Assembly (NCBI GenBank): GCA_000002435.2
Contig: CM018793.1
From: Giardia intestinalis
Lineage: Eukaryota
Strand: one strand, 5' to 3'
DNA: 64,000 bases
Shown here: positions 39,261 to 48,029 of the stretch, piece after piece
Layout: each line of letters starts with the position of its first letter
Position numbering within the stretch: position 1 is the stretch's first letter
Made by a program: the position numbers and the translations under genes
Notes under the pieces: generated by a model
What the model was told of the DNA's origin: nothing
The model's database searches: none
Seen by the model: only the letters and a program-made list of their open reading frames with translations

Positions 39261-40148
39261 TCACATGACGTGCCAGAGGACGCAGCAGGCCTCGGCGAGG
39301 TTCTTGGACATCGTCTTCCTGATGTCCTTGGCTAAGTTCCCGTAGTGGGCGTAGAGGACCTTGCACTGCTCCGCCTGGTCGTAGAGCATCCCGGTGATGC
39401 GGCAGCAGCGGTCGGTGTCGCCCTTCTTCTGGCAGGCCAGGCTCAGGAGGTAGGCGGCGCCTCGGGCGGGGCAGTGGAGCGTCGCGTTGCAGCAGCAGAG
39501 CGCGAGCTCGTCGTCGCCCTTGTAGGCCTCGATGAGGGCCTGCTCGATCGTCTTCTTGGCGATGTTCTCGAACGCCTCGGAAATCTGCTTCCACTCGCTG
39601 GGGACGGTCGTGCCGAGGAGGCGGATGACCGTGTCCGTGTCCGGGTGCTTGACGCCGATCAGCGCGGTCTTCAGGGCCTCTGCATCACCCTGGACGTTGT
39701 TGCGGGCGGACCTGCAGAAGGCAAGCCAGGAGTTCACCATGCGGGCCCAGACGGTCTTGGAGCCGATCTCCTTCCTGAGCGTGGACTCGAAGTCGTCCCC
39801 GAAGAGCTGGTGGTACCTGTCCTTGACCCTTGCGTAGATCTCAGGGGTCGTCGTCAGGAGCGTGTCCGTGAGACACCTCTCGTCGTTCCCGCCCTTGAAG
39901 GCCTTCTTGATCAGCCTGCAGCGGACGTCGATCTCGTCGTCGAGGACGATCATCATGAGGTCCTTGTAGTCCCCGTTCTTGAACGAGGCGTCGAGGTACT
40001 CGGAGGTGGTCTTTCCAGTAGCCGCCCTGAACGCGGCGTGGATCTCGGCGCGCTGCTTGTCATTGAAGTCGGCGACGCTCCTCGCAAGCCCGTCCATGTC
40101 CTTGGCGTCGATGAGGGTCTTGATCTCGGTAGCCTTCGCTGCAGCCAT
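39261..40148 (-). CDS. Alpha-giardin (annexin-homologue cytoskeletal protein)
   Basis: The 295-aa ORF has four annexin-like repeats. Its C-terminal block RITGMLYDQAEQCKVLYAHYGNLAKDIRKTMSKNLAEACCVLWHV parallels alpha-1 giardin RITGMMVDKCLGAKHAYKIYGDMGTDIERCFDKRMAPILRTLWRV. The length is identical to alpha-giardins. Confidence 0.88.
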   Translation of the reverse strand: MAAAKATEIKTLIDAKDMDGLARSVADFNDKQRAEIHAAFRAATGKTTSEYLDASFKNGDYKDLMMIVLDDEIDVRCRLIKKAFKGGNDERCLTDTLLTTTPEIYARVKDRYHQLFGDDFESTLRKEIGSKTVWARMVNSWLAFCRSARNNVQGDAEALKTALIGVKHPDTDTVIRLLGTTVPSEWKQISEAFENIAKKTIEQALIEAYKGDDELALCCCNATLHCPARGAAYLLSLACQKKGDTDRCCRITGMLYDQAEQCKVLYAHYGNLAKDIRKTMSKNLAEACCVLWHVM

Positions 40149-40296
40149 GCCTTTAATTTTGTCCTTTTTGAAATTGATTGGTGTAGTGTACTAACTTTGT
40201 TTTGATACAATATTATAAGGTTTACAACACAATGGCATAATAAATAAGCTCCATTAATTTGCAATGGAAGGGACCAATACGATGCCCAAATAAATA
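40149..40296. promoter_or_regulatory. Bidirectional AT-rich promoter region (alpha-giardin / RNA polymerase subunit)
   Basis: A 148-bp divergent intergenic region, strongly AT-rich (ttttgatacaatattataaggtttacaacac...aataaataatg). Confidence 0.4.
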
Positions 40297-41349
40297 ATGT
40301 CTGCACAACTGACGCTCCAGTCCGTAAAGACGGATGTTCTCAGTCTGGACGACATGGTTACTGACCTTTCGGCCTTCCAGAACCGACTTGAGTACGTTAT
40401 CTGGAAAGATGAGTGTGATACCTTCAGTTTTGACGTTATTAATCTTAGCCCTGTTATCGCAAATACTATACGGCGCATTATTCTGGACGAGGTGCCCACA
40501 ATGGCCATAGACACCGTTGTGGTGCACGAGAACTCTTCTATAATTGCAGATGAGATTTTTTCCCACAGATTGGGTCTGGTGCCCATGAACATCGACCCTC
40601 GGTTGTTTGAGTACCATGAGGACGGTGATAAGATCCACGAGCGAAATACAGTTGTTTTTAAGCTGGATGTCACGGCACCAGCGACGTATTCGAGTAGTTT
40701 TAATGATGAGGAGCCTGGGTGGTTCTACGTTTACAGCAGAGACATTTACTGGGTTCCTATAGGAGGACAAAAGGACTGGCTCCTGAAGCAAGAAGTCCGG
40801 GCCGATATGAGCTCCCTCCCTGCGCCACTAGATCCGGATATCCTACTTGCAAAACTGGCTCCAGGTCAGCGGATTTTCTGTGAAATATACTGCCACAAAG
40901 GTATAGGCCGAATGCATGCCAAGTTTCAGCCCGTGGGGACAGCATGGTACAAAATGAAAACGCAGATTGCTCTTGACAAGGATGCACTGCTCCAGCACCC
41001 AGAGGTGAATGGGGATGTAGACAAGCTTGTGACAAAGTTGCACAAAGTATGTCCAGTTAACGTCTTTGCTGATGTTACTAGGCAGCTGGATATAGAAGAC
41101 TTTAGCGTGCACCATCCAGACCGGACGGAAGCCTGCACACTTTGCAGGGAGTGCATCGCAGCCTTTACAGATGAGCAGAACCAGTGTGGAATCCGGCTAG
41201 AGCTCGTAAAGACTCACTTGGTTTTCACGATAGAGTCATGCTCGTGGTACAGAGCGCGAGACATCTACTTAGAGGCCCTCACCGTCATGCAACAGAAAGC
41301 GGCTCTTCTTAAGTCTTCTCTTAAAACAGGAGAGCTTGTTGAAGAGTAA
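40297..41349 (+). CDS. DNA-directed RNA polymerase I/III subunit AC40 (RpoA/Rpb3-like alpha-type subunit)
   Basis: The dimerisation-domain signature is VINLSPVIANTIRRIILDEVPTMAIDTVVVHENSSIIADEIFSHRLGLVPM, starting at about aa 45. A length of 350 aa fits AC40 better than Rpb3. Confidence 0.7.
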   Translation: MSAQLTLQSVKTDVLSLDDMVTDLSAFQNRLEYVIWKDECDTFSFDVINLSPVIANTIRRIILDEVPTMAIDTVVVHENSSIIADEIFSHRLGLVPMNIDPRLFEYHEDGDKIHERNTVVFKLDVTAPATYSSSFNDEEPGWFYVYSRDIYWVPIGGQKDWLLKQEVRADMSSLPAPLDPDILLAKLAPGQRIFCEIYCHKGIGRMHAKFQPVGTAWYKMKTQIALDKDALLQHPEVNGDVDKLVTKLHKVCPVNVFADVTRQLDIEDFSVHHPDRTEACTLCRECIAAFTDEQNQCGIRLELVKTHLVFTIESCSWYRARDIYLEALTVMQQKAALLKSSLKTGELVEE

Positions 41350-41361
41350 ACCCAAAATCAA

Positions 41362-41958
41362 ATGCGGAAGTCTGGCAAGACCCATGACGATATAGTAGGG
41401 ACTGCGCATTTAGATTTAGAACCAGGAGTCCTTCCAGCCTCGCATCTATATCGCCTACTCGCAGAGTGTTTTGATATCATTGAGCGAAAGCACATTGATG
41501 CCCCTGACCTCTATCGTGCAGCAGGGAATAAGGAGGAGCTAGATGCATTGTACCAATATTACTGGAATTACCGGCGCCTTGATACAAATGGAGCCTCGGA
41601 CTTTGCGTCTCTTGCATCCCTGGCAAAAAGCGCTGTTCGACGACTCACAGAGCAGAAGGAGGACGGGTTGTTTTCGGATACGTTGCTGGACGAACTCCAG
41701 AGGTTTTTCAGGGACTGTGGACCAGAATTTACAGCAACCGAAAAGAGTAAGATACACACTTTGCTAGAAAAACACACGTCCCGCCAACAGTTGAGTCTGA
41801 TAATAATGATTATAGTGCACCTTAGTCTCCTCGTCAAGCATGCCCCTAACTGTACATGCCGTTCCCTAGAAATATGCTGGAACCCTACCCTTCTGGGTCC
41901 CTATCGCTTTCTGAGATATAACGGCATTATCAGCAGCCTTATCACCGCGTTCATGTGA
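41362..41958 (+). CDS. Hypothetical protein with weak RhoGAP-like arginine-finger motif
   Basis: The 198-aa ORF begins 12 bp after the upstream gene. HIDAPDLYRAAGNKEELDALYQYY resembles the RhoGAP GIYRVSG block. The functional call is weak. Confidence 0.4.
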   Translation: MRKSGKTHDDIVGTAHLDLEPGVLPASHLYRLLAECFDIIERKHIDAPDLYRAAGNKEELDALYQYYWNYRRLDTNGASDFASLASLAKSAVRRLTEQKEDGLFSDTLLDELQRFFRDCGPEFTATEKSKIHTLLEKHTSRQQLSLIIMIIVHLSLLVKHAPNCTCRSLEICWNPTLLGPYRFLRYNGIISSLITAFM

Positions 41959-41966
41959 CCGTCAAG

Positions 41967-44900
41967 CTAGCCCTTCATGAGTCTATGGATCTCGTCTTCG
42001 CTCACATTGCCGTACTGTCTACTAAGAGACAACCACGGCTCTTCGTTGTTACAGTTACTCATCCCCAGGTTGTTGTGGTACTTTGTTCTGAGGTATACGA
42101 GAAGTGGCATGTACTTCTTGTTGCCCCTGCACAGCTCCAAGGCCTTGGAAAAGTTCCAGAGATCGCACGCAGCAAGGATAGCAGCCCCTATCTTTCCTTG
42201 GCTACTTAGGATGTTAGCCCCCTCCGGGTCTCCGATAGCCAGCTTAACTGCCCCTGCATTGACCTCGTTATGTGACGAGATGCTGTGACAGTAGGATGCT
42301 TTTGCAACCATACCTAGACCACTCAAAGCGCTTTGCAGGTGCTGTATGTTATTTGCCTCAATGCAGTATGTTGCCATCTGGGCCCAGAGAGGCTTCTGAT
42401 CAAGGAATCGACAAAGTCTAAGCGCCCGCTGAGTGTTTCCGCTTTTGGCGAGGTAATTTAGTAAGACACTGAACTCTGGCACAGCGACAACCATTTGGCT
42501 AGAGTCCCCGGCCAAGCCTAGGACAGCGTGGCTCATTGTAATAGCATTGCTCATTAGTCCGTCGTTCTTGAGAACCATAGGGGTAATGCGGTGTATTGTG
42601 TGTATATTGGAGCGCGATAGCATACGGTAAGCCGCTAGAATACGAGACGGGTCCTCTTCAAAGATAGAGACTGCAGCATTGGATCTCTGAACTGACGAAT
42701 AATCTATCGTCGTGGGAGTTACAAACACAGGGTCCTCTGTTATAATGCTTGTACGCACGGGACAGGCGTCCACCACCAATCTAAGCTTACAGTCACTGCC
42801 TACTGTCTCTCCTATTTGGGACAGCGCCTGAGGAAGAGATTGGCTTTCAGAAATGAGCATGCATAGTAAATCTGTTTGCGCAATGAACTGGATAGAGTAG
42901 GGAATGGAGTCTAGAAATTTGCTCTGCTGAAGAATCGCTGTGCTCATGGAGTTTCCTAACTTAGCATAAGCCTGAGGAGACGTCGTCAAGCGGCCAACAT
43001 ACAAGCTATTACTCGTGTCCAAAAGAGCAAGTACGTAGCTTGAAGCATCATTACTAGACATCTCGGTCTGTTTGAGAGAAGAAGTCGAGGCTGTTGCGTC
43101 AACTGGTTTACCAGCCTGATGTCCAGTTAGGTTACTGAATACGCTTCCAAGAGCAAAGTCACTGACAGCATTACCTTGGGTTCCTTCCTTGGCGGATGTC
43201 TCCGACGCGTTACGGATGTGTTGCTGGCTTGAGATACCGATAGTGAGGTCCAGAACAGCCTTGTGGTGAATCACACCACGCAGAATGAAATTCCCTGACC
43301 TGGGATCGATGATGCGCAAGGTAGTTCCTCCCTCAACATATGCCAATGCAGAATCTATAATAGCAATCTGTCTATCGCTGTCTAAAGAGGAGATATAGAT
43401 ACTAGTAACGAGCGCCAGCGTGGTTGCACTCACAATGTTAGCTTCTCCAGAAATATCCACGACAAGATGGTAGCTATCCCCAAGGACGATATAACGGGGA
43501 GGATTTCTAACATATGCAGCAGTTTTTATCGGCGGGTTCGATGCTTTGTCATGCTCAAGCTTCTTCTGCGAAAAACTCTTCAGCAGCGGTCGAGACTCTG
43601 TCTGTTGCAGAGTGTCCCCTGGTTTCTCCAAAAGGTTATCAAAGTCTAACTCCTGCTGTTGACGATTGGGAAGGCCTTGTGTAGAAGGCTGATTCTGCAC
43701 GGTAGATGGTCGTATCATGTCTCCGTAACTCGTTGAACGGACCGGCTCTGTAATCCACTGAATTTTGGTAACCAGGGGCATTCCCCCTTCTAATGAGAAG
43801 GAGGATATCTTTGCCATTGTAGGCGGTGTCCAGACAATGACGGACGATGCCGTGGTTGCACCAAGCCTTAGTGTGTGAGCAAATCTAGATAGAAAAAGAC
43901 TGATAACAGGCTCTGGGGCTGTGTAGACTTCGGACACCTGAAGACGTGCATCGGTTATCATGACCGTTGTGAGACCCGTGACCTCTATGGTAATATAACC
44001 ACTCGACAGTCGTTGAGGAGCTAGATATCCAACAGCAAGGCCGTTAAGACAAAGACACAAGAAGGAGCCCCCATATGGCGCGAACGCTAGATCTCGTATT
44101 CCACCAACCGAGCTACCAAGATTTTCATCCACATTGGTCATTGATGAGTCTGCCAAGGGGGAAAGGAGGGTGGCAGGGGCGCCGTCTGCGGCTATCTTTG
44201 AGACCGGTAGATGAGCTGAATCATACTCCAAGGTTGCGCACGAACGCACGGTACCATTCTCACGGCATCCAATGACGACCCCGCGTCTTGTGGCAATAAT
44301 AAATCCGTTCGAAGCTACGGGCTGACTGCTTACGGAGACGACGGCATCATAGGGTGGCGGAGGAATAACAGAAATCTCAAGTCCAGAGAGGAGGTCGAGA
44401 ACTATGGCCCCACGATGCTCACACCCCAAGACGAGTACACGACCCGTGTTTGCCAAGGCCGTGATAGCGTCTCCGTCGCTTTGAAGCTTGTAGCTAAGCT
44501 CAGTAGAGTTATTCTTGGTAATGTTTATCACTGTGACACTGCCCCCGTACGCAATCGCGGCTCTGTTCCGGTCAATGGAGTTAATGGCATGAACAGGGGC
44601 GTTGAGATTGGATTTAAGGATTTGTCTGAACTGGTATAGCCCGCCCATCATGGTGAGTAGGAGAACAGTGCCCGTTTCCAATCCAACCAACAAGGACGAC
44701 CCTCGCGGCTGCATCATGCACAAGGATGTAACAGGATGAATGGCGTCTTCTCCTCCGACATAGGACGAGACGGAAATAGATTTCTGGCGCCGAACGCTGA
44801 CCCTCTGAGAAGTGCATCCCAAGCCTAGGACATCCGCCTGAATGAAAATCAAGGTGCCATTGGCGCATCCAGCCACAATGGTAGCCTGGCTTGCACTTGT

Positions 44901-45206
44901 TGACGAGCTGCCGCTACCCTTGGTGATTTGGTACGATGAAGCCGTGTTAGCCATCACAGCTGGGCCACTCGTGGAAGACGAGGCGCTAGAACCATTCCCG
45001 GGCGGAAGCGCTGTCATAGAGATAATTGTTGATGGAATGGGGTCGCTGATACGGGAAACGCGGACCTGTCCGAGAGACGGAGGCACGATGATTTCGTAAA
45101 GGCAACGATCGGTTTGAGAAGCTGCAACAGCCAGATCAATTCCAATCCATGTCAGACACGTGAGATTTGGTGGATCACGGCAGTAGAACGACGAAATTCC
45201 ATACAT
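41967..45206 (-). CDS. Large hypothetical protein with beta-propeller-like N-terminal half and alpha-solenoid (TPR/CHCR-like) C-terminus; architecture resembles IFT or vesicle-coat/tethering subunits
   Basis: The 1079-aa ORF is beta-rich with WD-like segments through about aa 750. The C-terminal 250 aa are helical repeats (ATYCIEANNIQHLQSALSGLGMVAKASYCH...ALELCRGNKKYMPLLVYLRTKYHNNLG). Confidence 0.7.
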   Translation of the reverse strand: MYGISSFYCRDPPNLTCLTWIGIDLAVAASQTDRCLYEIIVPPSLGQVRVSRISDPIPSTIISMTALPPGNGSSASSSTSGPAVMANTASSYQITKGSGSSSTSASQATIVAGCANGTLIFIQADVLGLGCTSQRVSVRRQKSISVSSYVGGEDAIHPVTSLCMMQPRGSSLLVGLETGTVLLLTMMGGLYQFRQILKSNLNAPVHAINSIDRNRAAIAYGGSVTVINITKNNSTELSYKLQSDGDAITALANTGRVLVLGCEHRGAIVLDLLSGLEISVIPPPPYDAVVSVSSQPVASNGFIIATRRGVVIGCRENGTVRSCATLEYDSAHLPVSKIAADGAPATLLSPLADSSMTNVDENLGSSVGGIRDLAFAPYGGSFLCLCLNGLAVGYLAPQRLSSGYITIEVTGLTTVMITDARLQVSEVYTAPEPVISLFLSRFAHTLRLGATTASSVIVWTPPTMAKISSFSLEGGMPLVTKIQWITEPVRSTSYGDMIRPSTVQNQPSTQGLPNRQQQELDFDNLLEKPGDTLQQTESRPLLKSFSQKKLEHDKASNPPIKTAAYVRNPPRYIVLGDSYHLVVDISGEANIVSATTLALVTSIYISSLDSDRQIAIIDSALAYVEGGTTLRIIDPRSGNFILRGVIHHKAVLDLTIGISSQQHIRNASETSAKEGTQGNAVSDFALGSVFSNLTGHQAGKPVDATASTSSLKQTEMSSNDASSYVLALLDTSNSLYVGRLTTSPQAYAKLGNSMSTAILQQSKFLDSIPYSIQFIAQTDLLCMLISESQSLPQALSQIGETVGSDCKLRLVVDACPVRTSIITEDPVFVTPTTIDYSSVQRSNAAVSIFEEDPSRILAAYRMLSRSNIHTIHRITPMVLKNDGLMSNAITMSHAVLGLAGDSSQMVVAVPEFSVLLNYLAKSGNTQRALRLCRFLDQKPLWAQMATYCIEANNIQHLQSALSGLGMVAKASYCHSISSHNEVNAGAVKLAIGDPEGANILSSQGKIGAAILAACDLWNFSKALELCRGNKKYMPLLVYLRTKYHNNLGMSNCNNEEPWLSLSRQYGNVSEDEIHRLMKG

Positions 45207-45268
45207 TATACCTGTGGTGCCAAGAAAAAGTATTGGTTTTTGTAAGTTGTCTTTTTCTGTGTTCTCTG

Positions 45269-46039
45269 ATGAAGAGTGGTTCTCGCCCCGATCTTTGGAA
45301 AGTGGTAGGATACTATGTTAATATATGCTTGGGACACACCCCACCTTACCTCCGGTTCTGTTCATATGCTCACCTCAGACATTTGGGCTACACCGTTGAC
45401 GACCTTTACTCCTGCCAAAGCATTGTCGTAGTCAGTGGCGAGGGAGATTCCCCCTATGACCCCCTTATTCTATCTACAAGGATCTTTGAGTACGTGGCTA
45501 CCGACAAGACTATTTCTGTAGAACACCAGATCGACCAGGCGCTGATTCTGAGGGTGTTGGAGACAGTTTCCAATTTACAACTGACTGAAAAGGTAAAGTG
45601 CGTCCCGATCGGAGCGGTCATAGATCAGCTTCTAGATTCTCCTTGTATGGAGCAATCTGAAATTCTACGACATATAGATGTTCTCATAGAACACAGATGG
45701 CTCCAGAAAAGTTGGCCTACAAATGTACACATCGGTGTCTCCATCCCCGGGCACTCGGAGATACTCAACAACCTTAAGCACTCAGAAGAGACGATTCGAC
45801 GGCGACTCCTGCACGACTCAATTCCCTTTCTCATAGTGCCGAGACCTGTGCGATATGCACCGCTAATCAGAGAGCACTCCTTTGGCTCTGGTGGAAAACA
45901 CGTGCAGCCACTGCCTATCGACCTCCAGGCTGTCTATGGAACCGAATACCACATAGCTAGCTTGCTCGGTAATAAGAGCTTTACTATCTGCAGTACAGAA
46001 CGGTGCACTTATATAGGCCTTGGAGACATATTCCACTAA
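45269..46039 (+). CDS. Hypothetical protein (possible winged-helix region)
   Basis: The track ORF starts at 45167, overlapping the divergent gene start by 40 bp. Met35 at 45269 follows the AT-rich tract aaaaagtattggtttttgtaagttgtctttttctgtg and is the preferred start. No confident domain was recognised. Confidence 0.45.
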   Translation: MKSGSRPDLWKVVGYYVNICLGHTPPYLRFCSYAHLRHLGYTVDDLYSCQSIVVVSGEGDSPYDPLILSTRIFEYVATDKTISVEHQIDQALILRVLETVSNLQLTEKVKCVPIGAVIDQLLDSPCMEQSEILRHIDVLIEHRWLQKSWPTNVHIGVSIPGHSEILNNLKHSEETIRRRLLHDSIPFLIVPRPVRYAPLIREHSFGSGGKHVQPLPIDLQAVYGTEYHIASLLGNKSFTICSTERCTYIGLGDIFH

Positions 46040-46045
46040 TGGGGA

Positions 46046-46717
46046 CTAGATGTATACCAGAGAGATTGCGTTCATATATGTTTGGACTATCGCTTCTATT
46101 CGCTTACGTAGCTCTCCCTTAGGTGGAATCCCGGCAGCTTTTAATACGGAAGTGGAGAGGTACAACTCTGCATAGCCGGAATAGGGATAAACCGGTGCGC
46201 CTGGGTGCTGTAGAAGAAGCACAGTGCACTTCAAAGTCTGAAGGCGAGTATATCTTGGCTTGTTGAAATGACACCAATCGTAGACCATTCCACTCACCCC
46301 GGTGACAGTGATGTCGGTAGGAGGCGTTTGCAGCCCTAACACTAAGATCTGGGCTTTGTCGCCCTGGTTCTTTGTACTTTGCTCCGTTAAAGCAATCACA
46401 TGCACAGTAGTATCGGCAGAGTTGGCAGACAATTCGTCAAGGCGACGCTCAAGTACCTTGCACGCAAAAGCCTGGAAGTCGCCAGAGTATTGGTTTGTCC
46501 CTGCCGCACCGAGGTCTCTGATGTATAAAAGCGTGAAAGACTCCGACACGAGGAATCTGAAGTGGGGATGTTGGTGTTTTGTGAGGTCGTTGGACGGGGT
46601 ATCTTCAACGCTATGGGATGCAGCACCACACTTAGCTTCATGACATAGATAAGTGTATAAGGCAGCCGCCATAGCACATGAATTCACACTATCTGCAATT
46701 AGAATCGTATGCTGCAT
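46046..46717 (-). CDS. Hypothetical protein
   Basis: The 223-aa ORF is convergent with the previous gene (6-bp gap) and divergent from the next. It has mixed alpha/beta composition and no recognised motif. Confidence 0.5.
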   Translation of the reverse strand: MQHTILIADSVNSCAMAAALYTYLCHEAKCGAASHSVEDTPSNDLTKHQHPHFRFLVSESFTLLYIRDLGAAGTNQYSGDFQAFACKVLERRLDELSANSADTTVHVIALTEQSTKNQGDKAQILVLGLQTPPTDITVTGVSGMVYDWCHFNKPRYTRLQTLKCTVLLLQHPGAPVYPYSGYAELYLSTSVLKAAGIPPKGELRKRIEAIVQTYMNAISLVYI

Positions 46718-46750
46718 CTAATTTTAAATCACCATCCTACCTGTGCATCC

Positions 46751-47965
46751 ATGCCTCTAGAGCATAACAAGACCCAACCTAAGAAGAAGCGTATCGTAGG
46801 ACTCACCCTTCTGCTATTTGTGGCACTTCTCATCTTTGGAAGCCTAGCAGTCATATGTGCATGCATTGGTCTATATATCCATATTATCTCCATGATTCCC
46901 TTCATCCACGTTCCCTATAGTCAACTCGTCATATTATTGGACAACCTAACCATGACTTCGCCATATATCCTTCAGCCCCAATACACCTATTATGATTTTT
47001 TCTTGTGTAGCCCCGAGCCACTCATTCCCATAAAGCCATACGTGAAAAGCACCTTAGAGATAGAGCTCCATGCTGAGCACACTTGCCACTCCTTCAACAT
47101 CCTCCCCGAAGTTGTTTACACCCTCACTATCATTGTACCCTTTGAATATGATACCTCCGTATCGGTAGTCGCACCAGAATTAGTTCCACAATATGTCGAT
47201 GTCTTCTTCGCGTCCATCCCTTATCCAGATTATGTCTCTGAAATCGGGAAACGGACGTCCACGATGCCAGTCTTTCCTAGTTCACTTAAAAGCGCAGATT
47301 GGAATGTTGCCCAGCTCAACTACAGTATACCACTTACCGGTGCCGAGGTTGTGCGACTCCAGAACTCTTTCATTGAGTACTGGGACTCTTTCACAGCTTA
47401 TAGATTTGAGCGGAAAGCATGTCCAGAAAACACCGTCTGCCAGGTGAGCATTTGCTTGAACGATCAAGGAAAGGAATACCTTAGTTCCAGTGATGCTATC
47501 GTGGATCTAGTTACGCACGTGAAGATTCAACTCTTTGACCTAACTAACTGCAGGCCTCTCCAAGGTACTCCGAACATCCTCCTAAACCTCCACTCCGACA
47601 GCAACTTTATCACACGCCACAGCGCAATCTTGGTTCCTGATCACATCGACATCCAATTTTCAAGTGGTAAAGTGGTCGGCCAAGTATCCAACAACATCAA
47701 ATACTACCAGGTAAGCAAGATATGGGGTCTCTCTGGACAGGCCATTGCGTACTTCACGTCCGACAGATTCTTCTATGCAGCGCGAATTCGCAATGCATTG
47801 CTGGGGTGTTTCCTGGGGATAGTCCTAGGTGGAATCTTGGTCTTTACCATAGTGGTCCTCCTCTATCAGAAGAAGCCTGTTCCCTGGAAGCTCTATCTTT
47901 GGACCCGCATGATCGACAGTGACATCGCCTGTCCCGAGGAAAGCGAGAACTTCTGCGTCAAATAG
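46751..47965 (+). CDS. Hypothetical membrane protein (N-terminal signal anchor, large luminal/extracellular domain, C-terminal TM)
   Basis: The track ORF starts at 46709, overlapping the divergent start by 9 bp. Met15 at 46751 is preferred. The N-terminal TM is IVGLTLLLFVALLIFGSLAVICACIGLYI and the C-terminal TM is LLGCFLGIVLGGILVFTIVVLLYQKK. Confidence 0.5.
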   Translation: MPLEHNKTQPKKKRIVGLTLLLFVALLIFGSLAVICACIGLYIHIISMIPFIHVPYSQLVILLDNLTMTSPYILQPQYTYYDFFLCSPEPLIPIKPYVKSTLEIELHAEHTCHSFNILPEVVYTLTIIVPFEYDTSVSVVAPELVPQYVDVFFASIPYPDYVSEIGKRTSTMPVFPSSLKSADWNVAQLNYSIPLTGAEVVRLQNSFIEYWDSFTAYRFERKACPENTVCQVSICLNDQGKEYLSSSDAIVDLVTHVKIQLFDLTNCRPLQGTPNILLNLHSDSNFITRHSAILVPDHIDIQFSSGKVVGQVSNNIKYYQVSKIWGLSGQAIAYFTSDRFFYAARIRNALLGCFLGIVLGGILVFTIVVLLYQKKPVPWKLYLWTRMIDSDIACPEESENFCVK

Positions 47966-48029
47966 AAGGACCGTTTGGCTTGGAAGCATATTTACTACTA
48001 CTTACTTCTCAACGTGCTTCCACCCTTGC

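Noticed and set aside
39345-40205. 286-aa plus-strand ORF antisense to alpha-giardin (also 39226..39594 -)
   Set aside because: It has the Gly/Ala/Val/Arg/Asp-rich composition typical of the reverse complement of a GC3-biased gene. The minus-strand frame has clear annexin/giardin homology.
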